Shown here one piece after another: positions 39,408 through 52,312 of a stretch of 64,000 nt of DNA; the first letter of the stretch is position 1, and each line of letters begins with the position of its first letter. A program made the translations under genes and the position numbers. Under the pieces are notes generated by a model, which saw only the letters and a program-made list of their open reading frames with translations, made no database searches and was not told the origin of the DNA. This stretch comes from Dendrobates tinctorius (taxonomy: Eukaryota), in NCBI RefSeq assembly GCF_039654945.1, contig NW_027361921.1, positions 10,292,001 to 10,356,000 of the forward strand, read 5' to 3'.

Positions 39408-40259
39408 CAGTGGTCCCCAACCTTTTTTGCACCAGGGACCGGTTTCAAGCAAGACCATTCTTCCATGGCCTGGCAGGGCGGGGATGGAGGTGTGGCAGGG
39501 GCGGGGCTTTGGTCATAAGGGGGCGGGGCTATGGACGCGGTTGTAGTGTAGCAGTGCATACTTATAATTAAATAACATTTATAATGTGACTCAACTCACC
39601 ATAGGTTTTGAATAAGTGCTCCATCACCCCCTTCTCCCCATCATTGCCTTCACCCCATCACTCCCTTCTCCCCATCATTGCCTTCACCCCATCACTGCCA
39701 TCTCTCCATCATTGCCTTCACCCCATCACTGCTGTCTCCCCATCACTCCCCTCTCCCCATCATTGCCTTCACCCCATCACTGCTGTCTCTCCATCATTGC
39801 CTTCACCCCATCACTCCCGTGCCGTCTCTCCATCACTCCCCTCATGGCCTTCTCATGTCCCCATCTCCTCCAGGGCCAGGCTACACAAACACAGACCAAC
39901 ACACACACACACACACACACACACACCACCTCTCTCCTCTCACCTGTCGCAGCATTGCCCGCGCTTCCTCGCTCTGACACAGCAGCGGCCGCGCTCTCCT
40001 CTCTGTGTCAGTCAGAGACAGGAAGCGCGGGCGGCGGCCAGGAAGCTGGACGCAGTGGGCGGGTCCTTGCAGCTCCGCTCCTGCTATTCCCTCTTGTAGG
40101 CAGCGGAGCTGCTTGGATCGCTCCCTGGCCGCCGCTACACACGCCGCCCCAGCCCCCGCTACGCCACTGACCGCCCCTGGCTCCCCTTGTGTCCGCGGAC
40201 CGGCAAGGGCACTGCAGCGGCCCGGTGCTGGGCCGCGGACCGGCGGTTGGGGACCCCTG
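39408..40259. mobile_element. hAT-Charlie (MER1-like) MITE containing a CCATCA-rich minisatellite and (CA)n
   Basis: CAGTGGTCCCCAACC ... GGTTGGGGACCCCTG; perfect 8-bp TSD CTTTAAGT (39400-39407 and 40260-40267). Confidence 0.9.
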
Positions 40260-41235
40260 CTTTAAGTGATGATTCTATAAGGCATTTAAGTGGAATAGTC
40301 AGGCTGAGTAGGGCAGCATCCGTGCTCACCATCAGAGTGAAGTCCTTGAAGCACTTCAAAATGGTGCATATGTCCTTCATGGATGCCCACTCTGTGGTTG
40401 TAAATTGGGAGGGCTGATATGTATGTCGCCTACTTTGCGCCTGATGCAGCTGCAACTCCATAATTGCAGGTTGCTGCTCACACAACCTCCGCAGCATATG
40501 CAAAGTCGAATTCCACCTGGTGGGGAGGTCAACAATGATGCGGTGCTCGGGCAGGCCCAATCTGCGCTGCATGGCTGAAAGGCGCGATGCAGCCATGCTT
40601 GAACGCCGCAAATGAGAGCACCCATATCTGACTTTGTGCAGCAGCTCCTCAAGGTCAGGATAGTTCCTAAGGAAACTCTGCACCACCAAGTTTAGGACAT
40701 GGGCAAGGCATGGAATGTGAGTCAGACCACCTAGGCCCAGAGCTGCGACCAGGTTTCGGCCATTGTCACACACCACCATAACTGGCTGGTGGTTGAGCGG
40801 CGCAAGCCACATGTCGCTCTGCTCCTTGAGTGTGTTCCACAGCTCGGTTGCGGTGTTGCTAACATCACCCAGATAAACCAATTTCAACACGGCCTGTTGA
40901 TGTTTGGCTGATGCAGTGCTGAAATCGGTTGTTGTGGTACGTCTGGGTGCAGGCGAGTCTGACGAGGAGTATGAGGAGGAGTCAATTTGTACGGAGGAGA
41001 GGCCTGCAATCCGTGGAGTTGGCAGGACCCCCGCTCTTGCACTGTCTATTTCAGTTCCAGGCTCAACTACATTTACCCATTGGGCGGTGATGGAAATGTA
41101 GCGTCCCTGGCCATGCTGACTGGTCCACGCGTCGGTGGTCAGGTGGACCTTGCTACTAACTGCATTTTGTAGCGCATGCTTAATTTTACGCTCCACATGC
41201 TGTTGCAGGGCGGGGACAGCTTGCCTGCTGAAGTA

Positions 41236-41328
41236 ACATAGTAACATAGTAACATAGTTATTAAGGTTGAAGGGAGACTTTAAGTCCATCTAGTTCAACC
41301 CATATCCTATCCTAACTTGCCCTAACAT
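41236..41328 (-). mobile_element. Extremely 5'-truncated CR1 (3' tail only)
   Basis: Minus strand: GGTTGAACTAGATGGAC...TTCAACC stem-loop followed by (CTATGTTA)n. It splits the transposase peptide SHFY|FSRQ. Confidence 0.85.
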
Positions 41329-43095
41329 GTAGAAGTGGCTGGGAATGCTGTATTGTGGGATTGCAAACCCCAACATATCGATAAAGGCTGGCTTGCTCAC
41401 CAGCCAGAATGGTAGCATTTCCACTGCAAGCAGTTTGGCAATGCGAGAATTCATGCCCTGTGCTCGTGGGTGGTTTGCCGAGTACGGGCGCCTTTTCTCC
41501 CACACCTGTGTGACAGATGGCTGCACACTGGATTGGGAGTGTGAGGATGCCAGCGAGCGATTGGGATGCTGATGTGGACGAAGTACAGACAGTGTGCCGC
41601 TGTACAACACTGCCTGCAGATGCACCCTGGCATTCTGGCGAGGAAGCGGGAGCAGCTGTGTGCGAGCTGGAGGAAGAGGTGGCCACTGTGGCTGAAGAGG
41701 TGGAAGGTGGGGGACCAGCTGCAGGTGGCGAATCATCTTGGGTGTGATGCTGCCACTCCACAGGGTGCCTGTTCCTGACATGCATCAACATATTGTTGGT
41801 ATTAAGGTTGCTGACGTTCTTCCCTCTCCGCACAGTTTGTCGACAAAGCTTGCATCTGACTACTGTAACGTCATCTGCAACTTGGTCGAAAAAGGCCCAT
41901 GCACCACAACTCTTGGGCGCACCTTTTGTGCTCTTTAAAAGAGCCCTGCTCCTAACGGGTGCTGAAGTTGAGGGAGCCGACAACCAATTTTTCCCTCTTC
42001 CTCTCCCATGTGGACGGCCACGCTGCGCCACACCTGCAAGCTCTTCCTCTTAGCTATCCCCACGTGCTTGCTGCCCCTCAGCATGCCGTGATGGGTCAAG
42101 GACCTCGTCATCCAATACACTTTCATCAGCAGAAACTGGCAGCTGAGTTTCATCATCTGCTGACTGGGGTCTGGTCTTCTTCCTCAGACGCACGCAGTGG
42201 TTGCGCATCTGTGCACACTAACTCTTCTTCAGCTGCAGGAATGCTGTCTGGCTGGCACACAGATTCCAAGCTAACAGATTCTGAGAAGAGGATTAAGGTT
42301 GGCTCCTGGCCCTCTGAATGTCTGGGCAATTTAGTGGGCGGTGAAGAAGCAGATGGGTGCTGCTCTTCAGTGGCCTGACCTGATGTGGTGGAGAGGTCTT
42401 GGGAGGATGCTGTGCTCATTGAGGTGGATGCCTCAGCTGCCATCCAACCAACAACGGTTTCTACTTGATCCTCTCTTATCAGCCTATGGCCCTGCGCTCC
42501 TAACAAGCTGCACATAAATGACTGCTGCCGGGAGAAAGTAGGTGCTGAGTGACTTGGGCCTGCTGCTTGCTCTGGATGTGCACCATGTCTAGCTGCTGAT
42601 GCACCTCTTCCGCGGCCGCCGCAGGGACGTCCCTTACTCCCTGCCTTCTTCATCTCTATCGATGGATTCAGAACGGCAAGAAAGTTATTATTAGGGATTA
42701 GTGTGCTTATTCCTGTAGGACTACAAACAGGTATAAGAAACACTAATGGCACTGTATGATGGTGTATCTGCTACACTTTATTTGAATCTAGTGTGGCCTA
42801 CACAAAGAGTAACGTGTGTTTGTGGTGTTGGTGTACACGTTATGGTCGGATGTCACAGCGCAGTAAATGACACTGCTGCGATACTAAAAAAAGAAAGGAT
42901 TCTCCGGGACTGGGCCAGGTGCTGTGTGGCACCAGCCACAGTACAATCCCTATATAGTGTTTAACTTTAACCTCAATAGATGCTGTGAGGTAAAGTAACA
43001 CTTATAGGGGCACTGAGAGTGAATTTACTGGTGAAAAATTTGGGGGTGCGCGATAGAACAGGCCGCACTAGGGGTCCTGCAGTCTGATGTGACTA

Positions 43096-44652
43096 CAGTC
43101 ATGGCCAAAAGTTTTGAGAATGACACAAATATTAATTTTTACAAAGTCTACTGCCTCATTTTTTCTAATGGCAATTTGCATATACTCCAGTATGTTATAA
43201 AGAGTGATCAGCTTAACAGCAATTACTTGCAAAGTCAATATTTGCCTAGAAAATGAACTTTATCCCCCAAAACACATTTCAACATCATTGCAGCCCTGTC
43301 TTAAAAGGACCAGCTAACATCGTTTCAGTGATTGCTCCATTAACACAGGTGTGGGTGTTGATGAGGACAGGACTGGAGATCAATCTGTCATGATTAAGTA
43401 AGAATGACACCACTGGACACTTTAAAAGGAGGCTGGTGCTTGGCATCATTGTTTCTCTTCTGTTAACCATGGTTATCTCTAAAGAAACACGTGCAGTCAT
43501 CATTGCACTGCACAAAAATGGCCTAACAGGGAAGAGTATCGCAGCTAGAAAGATTGCACCTCAGTCAACAATCGCATCATCAAGAACTTCAAGGAGAGAG
43601 GTTCCCTTGTTGCCAAAAAGGCTCCAGGGCGCCCAAGAAAGACCAGCAAGAGCCAGGACCATCTCTTAAAAGTGTTTCAGCTGCGGGATCGGGCTACCAG
43701 CAGTGCAGAGCTTGCTCAGGAATGGCAGCAGGCAGGTGTGAGTGCATCTGCATGCACTGTGAGGCAAAGACTCTTGGAGCAAGGCCTGGTCTCAATGAGG
43801 GCAGCAAAGATGCCACTTCTCTCCAGGAAAAACATCATGGACGGACTGATATTCTGCAAGAGGTACAGGGAGTGGACTGCTGAGGACTGGGGTAAAGTCA
43901 TTTTCTCTGATGCATCCCCTTTTCGATTGTTTGGGACATCTGGAAAATGGCTTATTAGGAGAAGACCAGGTGAGCGCTACCACCAGTCTTGTCTCATGCC
44001 AACTGTCAAGCATCCTGAAACCATTCATGTGTGGGGTTGCTTCTCAGCCAAGGGAATGGGCTCTCTCTGTCTTGCCTAAAAACACAGCCATGAATAAAGA
44101 ATGGTACTAGAATGTCCTCCAAGAGCAACTTCTCCCAACCGTCCAAGAGCAGTTTGGCGATCAACAATGCCTTTTTCAACATGATGGAGCACCTTGCCAT
44201 AAAGCAAAGGTGATAACTAAATGGCTCAGGGAACAAAACATAGAGATTTTGTGACCATGGCCTGGAAACGCCCCAGATCTCAATCCCATTGAGAACTTGT
44301 GTTCAATCATCAAGAGACGGGTGGACAAACAAAAACCTTCAAATTCAGACAAAATAAAAGCATTGATTTTGCAAGAATGGACTGCTATCAGTCAGGATTT
44401 GATCCAGAAGTTGATTGGGAGCATGCCAGGGAGAATTGCTGAGGTCCTGAAGAAGAAGGGTCAACACTGCAAATATTGACTTGCTGCATTAACTCATTCT
44501 AACTGTAATATAACCTTTTGCTACTCATATGATTGCAATTATATTTCTGTATGTGATAAAAACATCTGACAAACACACATAAAAACCAGAGGCCAGCAGA
44601 TCATGTGAAAATATAATATCTGTGTCATTCTCAAAACTTTTGGCCATGACTG
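43096..44652 (+). mobile_element. Tc1-like element with DD35E transposase pseudogene (43469-44479), Traveler-like
   Basis: TIR CAGTCATGGCCAAAAGTTTTGAGAATGACAC; TA TSD; FSDASP, FQHDGAPCH-(35 aa)-PIENL; several stops and frameshifts. Confidence 0.9.
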
Positions 44653-46419
44653 TACAAAGACTGACCTAGTGGGTGCTGCACTTCCCCAAAAAAAGCACAC
44701 AGGCGGTCTGCACAGCGGAGGTGACTAAACTCTGCAAAGCGCACCTGAGCACCAGGAAAATTGAGGGATTAATGGGGGTAAGGGATTGGGGGGGGCGATT
44801 CTGGGGGGGAACCCCTCACTGAAAAATCCCTATATAGCGTTCACCAAAATGTACTGGATGGTGAAGCTACACTTTTAGGAAAAAATAGGGGAAGGGGATT
44901 TAAGGAATGAAAAGAAAAGGCTGTGAAAAGGCAGTGAGACACACACCACACAGTGCTGCAGCAAGAGGAGCTGCTGCAGTGAATGTGCGCTGCACTGTCT
45001 CACTAAGCACCTCACTGAGAGCCTGCACAGCACAAAAAATGAAACTGAGCGGGGTCAGTGAGGAAAAGACTGCTTCTGTAACACACAGGGGCTGCTACAG
45101 TCGCTGAAAAACAATTTCTATCGCTACTAGATCCGAGATCTCTCCCTATCTTCAACAGCAACCTATCCCTATTTGCTTTCACAGTAGAGTGAGGCTAAAA
45201 TAGCAGGCGCAGCCTTTTATACTGCCTGATCACACCATCCAGCCAGCCAATTGCAGCGCAGCCCCTAGCTAGCTCGTTTGGACGCCTCCTACCAAGCTTA
45301 GGGGAGTTACACAATGTTGTCAGCAATTCTTCAGCTCCTGATTTGCTCCACGGAGCACTCAGATGCTGAAGGATTATGGGATTTCTGATTTCCGATGTGA
45401 AAAAAATATCGGAATCGGAAATCGTAATTCCGATATCGCGAATATCAGGCCGATTTCCGATATTTCAATATCAGAAAGCTCATCCCTACTCTTGAGACAT
45501 TATTGGCCGTTCCCCACTGTCATCTTCTACTGGCCATGGGTGCTCAAATATTTGAACATCACTACACATGAGCTACTCTTAAAACTAGCAGGGTGAGAGG
45601 CCAGAAATCAATAAATTGACATGTAATGAGCTTCTTTGAGTGTCCAAGTATGGAATCACTTGTCTCCTCTGAGTTACCATGGTAGGAGCAAGGCGGATTA
45701 GGGTGAGGATTATGTGATCCAGACTCTGGACTAGTGAGACTGGACAGTGTGGAAGACGGTGGTGCTGGGAAACATACTGGAATCATTATCTGCTATCCAA
45801 CCGACCACCTGTTCACACTGTTGTCGCTTCAAGAGTGGTGTCCCAACCCCACTGCAAAGTGGGACATGAAGCTAGGTCTCATGGATGAGTGTGTTTGTTG
45901 TGGTCCCGCAGCAGGCACAGTTTCACCTGGCCCACAGCCTCGGCCTCTGTATGCACCATGAGCAGCATGTCCACTTCCCCATTCAAAAGCGCACGCCTTG
46001 CTCATATTAAATTAAGTGTGCAGCTAAGAGTGATATCACTATGGACTAAAATAGAATAGATGTAGTCCTGATAAGGAGTTTGGGTTTTAGGTTTCAGCAG
46101 CAAGAACTGTAAGGCTATAAATCCTAATGCAATGCACTACTATCATTTTTCCAGCAGCTACCCCTACTGCAAATGCAGCTAATAGCGGTATTTACATTGC
46201 ATTAATAGATTTATCCCAGAAAAATAATTTTTTGTTTATATGTATCAGCAGGAAGGCCTGTAAGGCGATATAAACCCTGACTATAAGCCTGTAATGCAAG
46301 CTTTCCTTTCTCCAGGAGCTATCCCTACACTACAGCTAACAGTGGTATTTATATTTAATAGAATAGATGTACCCCTTATAAGGACTTTTGGTTTTAGGTT
46401 TCTGCATCAAGGACTGTAA

Positions 46420-49400
46420 GGTTATGTGCACACGTTAGGGAATTACTGCAGAAATTTCCGCGGGAATTCTGGAATTCCATTCCGCGGGAAATATGCGAGA
46501 AAACTGCATTTTAATTCTTGCATATTTCCCACGGAAAAACTAGCGATTTGCAAGCGTAGTTAGCTTGTAGAATGCTAGCGTTTTCCAAGCGATCTGTAGC
46601 ATCGCTTGGAAAAGTGATTGACAGGTTGGTCACACTCGTCAAACATAGTGTTTGACGAGTGTGACCAACTTTTTACTATTGAGGCTGCCTATGCGGCATC
46701 AGGTAGTAAAAAGATAGGATGTAAAAAATTATTTAAAAAAATTAAAAATCGTGTTTTTCTCACCTTCCGATGTCCCACGCAGCGTTCCCAATCATCGCGA
46801 TCCTCCCGGCAGGTTCCGTTCCCAATGATGCATTGCGCCAATGACCTTTGATGACATCGCGGTCTCGCGAGACCGCTATGGTGTCGTGAGACTGCGACGT
46901 CATCAAAGGTCATTGGCACAATGCATCGCTGAAGCCTGCTGACGCTGCGAGGGACATAGGAAGGTGAGAATATGTCAATTTTTTATTTTACTTCTATTGT
47001 TTACAGGGTGTAGGGATTCTACTCGCTCACGTGCAGCGGGAGACAGTCAGGAGACAGGTTCCTTTAAAGTTCATGGGGTTTATTGCATCATAAACCCATA
47101 AAGCAGCACATAACAAAAGAGAGAGCCTTTAGCTTAGGCAAAAAGAGAACACAAATGTCCGGTACTTCAGACTCAGTCCTGGAGCCTCCGCACACACGGG
47201 AGGCTTAGTCCTCCCCACATACAGCTCTGTATTTCAGAAGCAGTCCACATTATAAGGGTATAGCCACACCCACGAACCCAGCAGCTGATTGGTCACGTGA
47301 TTGTGACCTCACCACAGGTCCTTGCAGTACATTAGAGGTATAGTAATATCATTATGCCTTATATTACGGAGACAAGCCATCTCTGAGACACATCCCCCAT
47401 CGACTATACAACCCTTAGCCACGCCACATACCTCCCCCCTCTGCCTAAAGCCGTGGGGCTCGGCACTTTCACCTACCAGACAAGGGATTCTTGAGAGGGC
47501 ATCAGCATTCCCATGTAGCTTCTCGGCCCTATGCTCTACATGGAAGCTGAAGTCTTGCAGGGCTAAGAACCAGCGGGTGACCCTAGCATTCTTACCCTTT
47601 GTTTCCCTCATCCTTCTGAGTGGGGCATGGTCGGATATTAGCCTAAGCTTCCTTCCCACCAGGTAGTACCGTAAGGTATCCACTGCCCATTTTATGGCCA
47701 GACACTCCTTCTCTACAACTGAGTAATTTCCTTCACAAGAAGACAACTTCCTACTCAGGTAGAGAACAGGATGCTCCTCCCCACGTGTCTCCTGGGAAAG
47801 GACTGCTCCTACCCCGATATCTGAGGCATCTGTCTGAAGGATAAATTCACGTTTAAAGTCCGGGGCCAGCAGAACAGGTTGTTTACATAGAGCCCCTTTC
47901 ATTTCTTGGAAGGCTGACTCTGCCTCTTCGGACCATCTGACCATTACTGACTTTGTCCCCTTTAGCAGATCAGTTAGAGGCACAGCCATCATGGCGAGGT
48001 TTGGGATGAACATTCTGTAATATCCCACGATCCCCAGGAAGGATTTAACTTGCTTTTTGGACAGAGGTCTCGGCCATGTTTGAATTGCCTCCACTTTATT
48101 GATTTGGGGTTTGATCTCGCCACGCCCCACTACATATCCCAGGTACTTGGCTTCTTCTTTCCCCAAAGCACATTCTTTGGGTTTATCGTAAACCCCACCT
48201 CCCTTAGAGCATCAAACACTGCTTGGACTTTTTCCAGGTGAGTCTCCCAATCCAGGGTAAAGATGATGATATCATCCAGGTACGCGGCAGCATATAGCTT
48301 ATGAGGCGCAAGGATTCTATCCATAGCCCTCTGGAAGGTCGCTGGAGCTCCCTGCAGGCCAAATGGCATCCGGACATACTAGAAGCACCTGTCTGGTGTA
48401 GAAAATGCAGTCTTCTCGTTGGCCTCCCGTACCATGGGGATCTTCCAATATCCCTTTGTCAAATCCAAGGTAGTTATGTACCTGGCAGGTCCAAGTCTCT
48501 CGATGAGCTCATCAACGCATGGCTTGGGATATGCGTCGAACTTGGAGACCTCATTCAGCTTCCGGTAGTCATTGCAGAACCTCCATTCACCATCAGGTTT
48601 TGGGACCAGGACAATCGGGCCCGACCAGCCGCTCTTGGATTCCTCAGTGACCCCGAGCTTCAACATATGCTGCACCTCCTTGGTAATTCTCGATGGGCCT
48701 CGGGAATTTGATAAGGCTTCACGTACACCCGCACATGTGGCTCGGTCAGAACTTCGTGCTCCACGACCTTTGTGCACCCTGGCAACTCTGAAAACAGGTC
48801 CCTGTTTTTCTGGAGTAACTCCCGGCACTGCTGTTTCTGGGCCTTCGATAGCATCTCCGCTATGGTAACCGCTCCAACCTCACCTTCTAGGTTGCCCAGC
48901 AAGCACGGAGTTACCGCTGACTCTCTAACCTGCCACGGCTTGATGAGGTTGACATGGTAAACCTGGTATGGTTTCCATCTTCCGTGTTGGTGGATCTTAT
49001 AGTTTATGTCCCCAAGCTTCTCCACCACCTCATACGGCCCTTGCCACTTGGCCAAGAACTTGCTCTCCACCGTCGGAATAAGCACAAGAACTCGGTCTCA
49101 CGGATTGAACTGCCTCACTCTTGCTGACCTGTTGTAGATCCTGGCCTGAGCCTCTTGTGCCTGACGGAGATGTTCTTTAACAATGGGCATCACCTTCTTA
49201 ACCCTCTGCTGCATCAGTGCCATGTGCTCAATGACGCTTCTGTGGGGCATGACTTCGGCTTCCCAGGTTTCCTTGGCTATATCTAGGAGACCTCGCGGAT
49301 GTCGGCCGTACAGAAGCTCAAAGAGCGAGAACCCCGTGGAGGCCTGGGGAACTTCACAGTTAGAAAACAGAAGATACGATAAGAGACAATCCCAGTCTCT

Positions 49401-52079
49401 ACCGTCTTTCTCTATGGCTTTTCTCAGCATGCCCTTCAGTGTCTTGTTAAATCTCTCAACAAGGCCATCTGACTGTGGATGGTACACTGAAGTCGTCAAC
49501 TGGGAGATCTGCAGGACCTTGCACAACTCCCTCATCTCCTTGCTCATAAAAGGTGTCCCCTGGTCGGTCAGGATCTCCTTCAGCAAACCCGTCTGGGAAA
49601 ACACATGGACCAACTCGCGGGCTATACTCTTCGTGGAGGAATTTCTCAGGGGAATTGCCTCAGGATAGCGTGTGGCATAGTCCAGGATGACTAATATATA
49701 CTGATGGCCCCAGGCTGATTTAACTAAGGTACCGACCAAGTCCATGGTAATTCTCTCAAATGGCACCTCAATAATGGGCAATGGCACAAGGGGGTTCCGG
49801 AAATGAGATATGGGGGCAGTTAACTGACCTGCCAGGCAGGACCTGCAATAGTTTACTATTTCCCGGAGACACCCAGGCCAATAGAACCGCTGTACAACCC
49901 GTTCCTGCATTTTTTCCACCCCAAGGTGTCCCCCCAAGATGTGTGAATGGGCCATGTCCAACACTTTCCGTCTATAGGGGCCTGGTACTATTAACTGCTC
50001 TACCAACTCCTCCCTTATTTTCGTGACCCGGTATAACAACTCCCTACTCATCATAAAATAGGGAAACCTTGTGTCCGCTCCTGGCTTTTGTGCAACCCCA
50101 TTAATGATGATGACATTTTTGAAGGCTTCTCTCAGTGTTGGGTCCCTATGTTGGGCAGTCCCAAAATTCTCATCTGCCACCCCTAACTCCAGAATGTCAG
50201 ATACAGGGGACCCGTTCTTCTCCTCCCCCACAAGGACACATAAAGGAAATCCGTCTGCCTCTGGTGGTGGCAGTACGCTATTAGGGTTCATTGGTTCCCT
50301 GCTCTTGCTAGCAATCTCAGAACCCTTATCCCACAGCTCCCAAAACAGACAGAAATCCCGGCCTATAATTATAGGATGCAACAAGTCCCGAATGACGCCA
50401 ACTTCATGGGACTCTGTGCCATGCGCCGTTTCAATGTTCACCCTGGCCATAGGGTAGTCCTTTGCATCGCCATGTATGTACTGAACGCCGACCTTTTTAC
50501 CTGGGAGTAGGTTGAGAGGAAAAGTGGCCCTTACAAGGGTCACCAAGCTCCCTGAGTCCAGCAGCGCCATTACTGCTCAACCGTTCACCTTCACGGGACA
50601 TGCTTGAGTCCCCTCGTTAGGTGGAGAGTTCACACTACAGGCTGGGTATGCATAGTACGAACTACGGCGTCCCATGCTGTAGTCCATCTGCTCGGTGGTC
50701 TGGGGACAACTGGCAGCTATATGTCCTGGCCCATGGCATCTCCAACAAATAATATCACCCGTGGGGACCTTGGGCACCGCCTCCCTGCCTCTTTTGACCT
50801 TGAATGCCCTACCCCTTTTTGGGACTCCGCCCCCTGCTGGGCCCCTCAATACGGAATGAGCTGCTTCCCCAAGGAGCCTTCCATCCCCTGGTATCTCTCG
50901 ACCAGTCTGACCAGTTCATCAGCATTCTGGGGATCACCCTGGGCAACCCAAGTCTGTAGGGGTCTCGGCAGGGAATGCACAAACCGATCCATCACAACTC
51001 GCTCTACCATCTGCGCAGGCGTAGAAGACTCGGGCTGCAGCCATTTCTGGACCAGGTGCAACAAGTCGAACATTTGGGAGCGAGGCGGTTTGTCCCGGTG
51101 ATAAGCCCAGCAGTGAACTCGCTGTGCCCTGACAGTCATTGTCACCCCCAAATGTGCTAGAATCTCGGCTTTTAGTTTGGGATACTCCTTGGCATCTTGC
51201 AAAGTCAAATCATAGTATGCCTTCTTGGGCTCCCCCGTAAGGGTGGTCATTTTTTGTAATGCGCGTCTTACCGCCTTCCTGACGTGGGTGTCATCAGCCA
51301 GACCTGGGGTTGAGGCGCTCGTCCTGCCATCCTGGATGGCGGTTGCCAGAAGCTGCATCTGCTGCCATTGCTCCTGCTGGCTCTGCTGGAACTGCTGTAA
51401 TAACAGCCTGTTGGTCTCCTGTTGCTGTGACTGACTGGACCAGATGTTTCAGCAGGTCCTCCATTATTCCAGGTAGTGCTTGCTGCCTCACTAAAAACTT
51501 GACCCAGGACATGCAGCAACTGTCTCAAGTTTCTGCTGGGAACACTGCCCGCACGTCTAGCACCAACTGCAGGGATTCTACTCTCTCAGGTTCAGCAGGA
51601 GACAATCAGGAGACAGGTTCCTTTAAAGTTCATGGGGTTTATTGCATCATAAACCCATAAAGCAGCACATAACAAAAGAGAGAGCCTTTAGCTTAGGGGA
51701 AAAAGAGAACACAAATGTCCGTTAATTCAGACTCAGTCCTGGAGCCTCAGCACACACAGGAGGCTTAGTCCTCCCCACATACAGCTCTGTGTTTCAGGAG
51801 CAGTCCACGTTATAAGGGTATAGCCACACCCACAAACCCAGAAGCTGACTGGTCACGTGATTGTGACCTCACCACAGGTTCTTGCAGTACATTAGAGGTA
51901 TAGTAATATCATTATGCCTTACATTACGGAGACAAGCCATCTCTGAGACCTATATCTCCCATCGACTATACAACCCTTAGCCACGCCACAAGGGATATGG
52001 TACCCAGAGCCTGGAGGAGAAAATCGCGCGTTTAAAATAGCTGCGAAAACGCAAAAAAAAGCTACGTGTGAACACAGCC
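46420..52079. mobile_element. Harbinger-type non-autonomous element (about 680 bp) split by Gypsy #2
   Basis: GGTTATGTGCACACGT ... ACGTGTGAACACAGCC termini; TAA TSD (46417-46419 and 52080-52082). Confidence 0.8.
47009..51990 (-). mobile_element. Complete Gmr1-like Gypsy LTR retrotransposon #2 (gag[SCAN, CCHC]-PR-IN-RT-RH), frameshifted
   Basis: LTRs 47009-47428 and 51568-51990 (TG..CA); 4-bp TSD AGGG; PPT at about 47429-47442; decayed tRNA-Ala PBS at 51546-51565. SCAN-like KWLQPE...VVMDRFVHSLP, CWRCHGPGHIAASC, LLDSG, TDQG/VERFN, YLDD, TDAS/EKECLA. Confidence 0.95.
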
Positions 52080-52312
52080 TAAAGCAATATAATCTCCGAT
52101 TATAGGCCTGTAGTGCAAATTTTCCCTTCTCCAGCATCTATCGTTACACTACAGCTAACAGCTGTATTTATAGTAGATAGAATAAATTGAACCCTGAAAA
52201 GAACTGTTTGGTTATAGGTTTCGGCAAGAATGACTGAAAGCCAATATAAACCCTGACTGGCTTGTAATGCAAATTTTCCGTTTTCCAGCATCTATCCCTG
52301 CTTTGTTTCCAG

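Larger units (their letters stand above)
38380..42653 (-). pseudogene. hAT transposase (BED finger, DDE, hATC dimerisation), interrupted by a MITE, a CR1 tail and frameshifts
   Basis: WAFF...CKLC...HVRNRH, TTDAWTS, VCDNG, CLAH, PTRWNST, FWVSK...SECIFSAAG...RTRLS...FIKMN. Confidence 0.92.
36151..45488 (-). mobile_element. Large Ac-group hAT transposon (ZBED4/6-like transposase)
   Basis: TIR TAGGGATGAGC / GCTCATCCCTA; perfect 8-bp TSD CTCTTGAG (36143-36150 and 45489-45496); TCCGATAT/ATATCGGA subterminal repeats at both ends. Confidence 0.94.

Noticed and set aside
39608-40170. His/Pro-rich ORFs
   Set aside because: Translations of a minisatellite and (CA)n inside a Charlie MITE.
38380-42653. 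Domesticated host ZBED4/ZBED6 gene
   Set aside because: Bounded by TIRs and an 8-bp TSD and broken by insertions and frameshifts; it is a dead transposon.
50846-51358. Host SCAN zinc-finger gene
   Set aside because: It lies between LTRs, upstream of CCHC/PR/IN, with no C2H2 fingers; it is Gmr1 gag.
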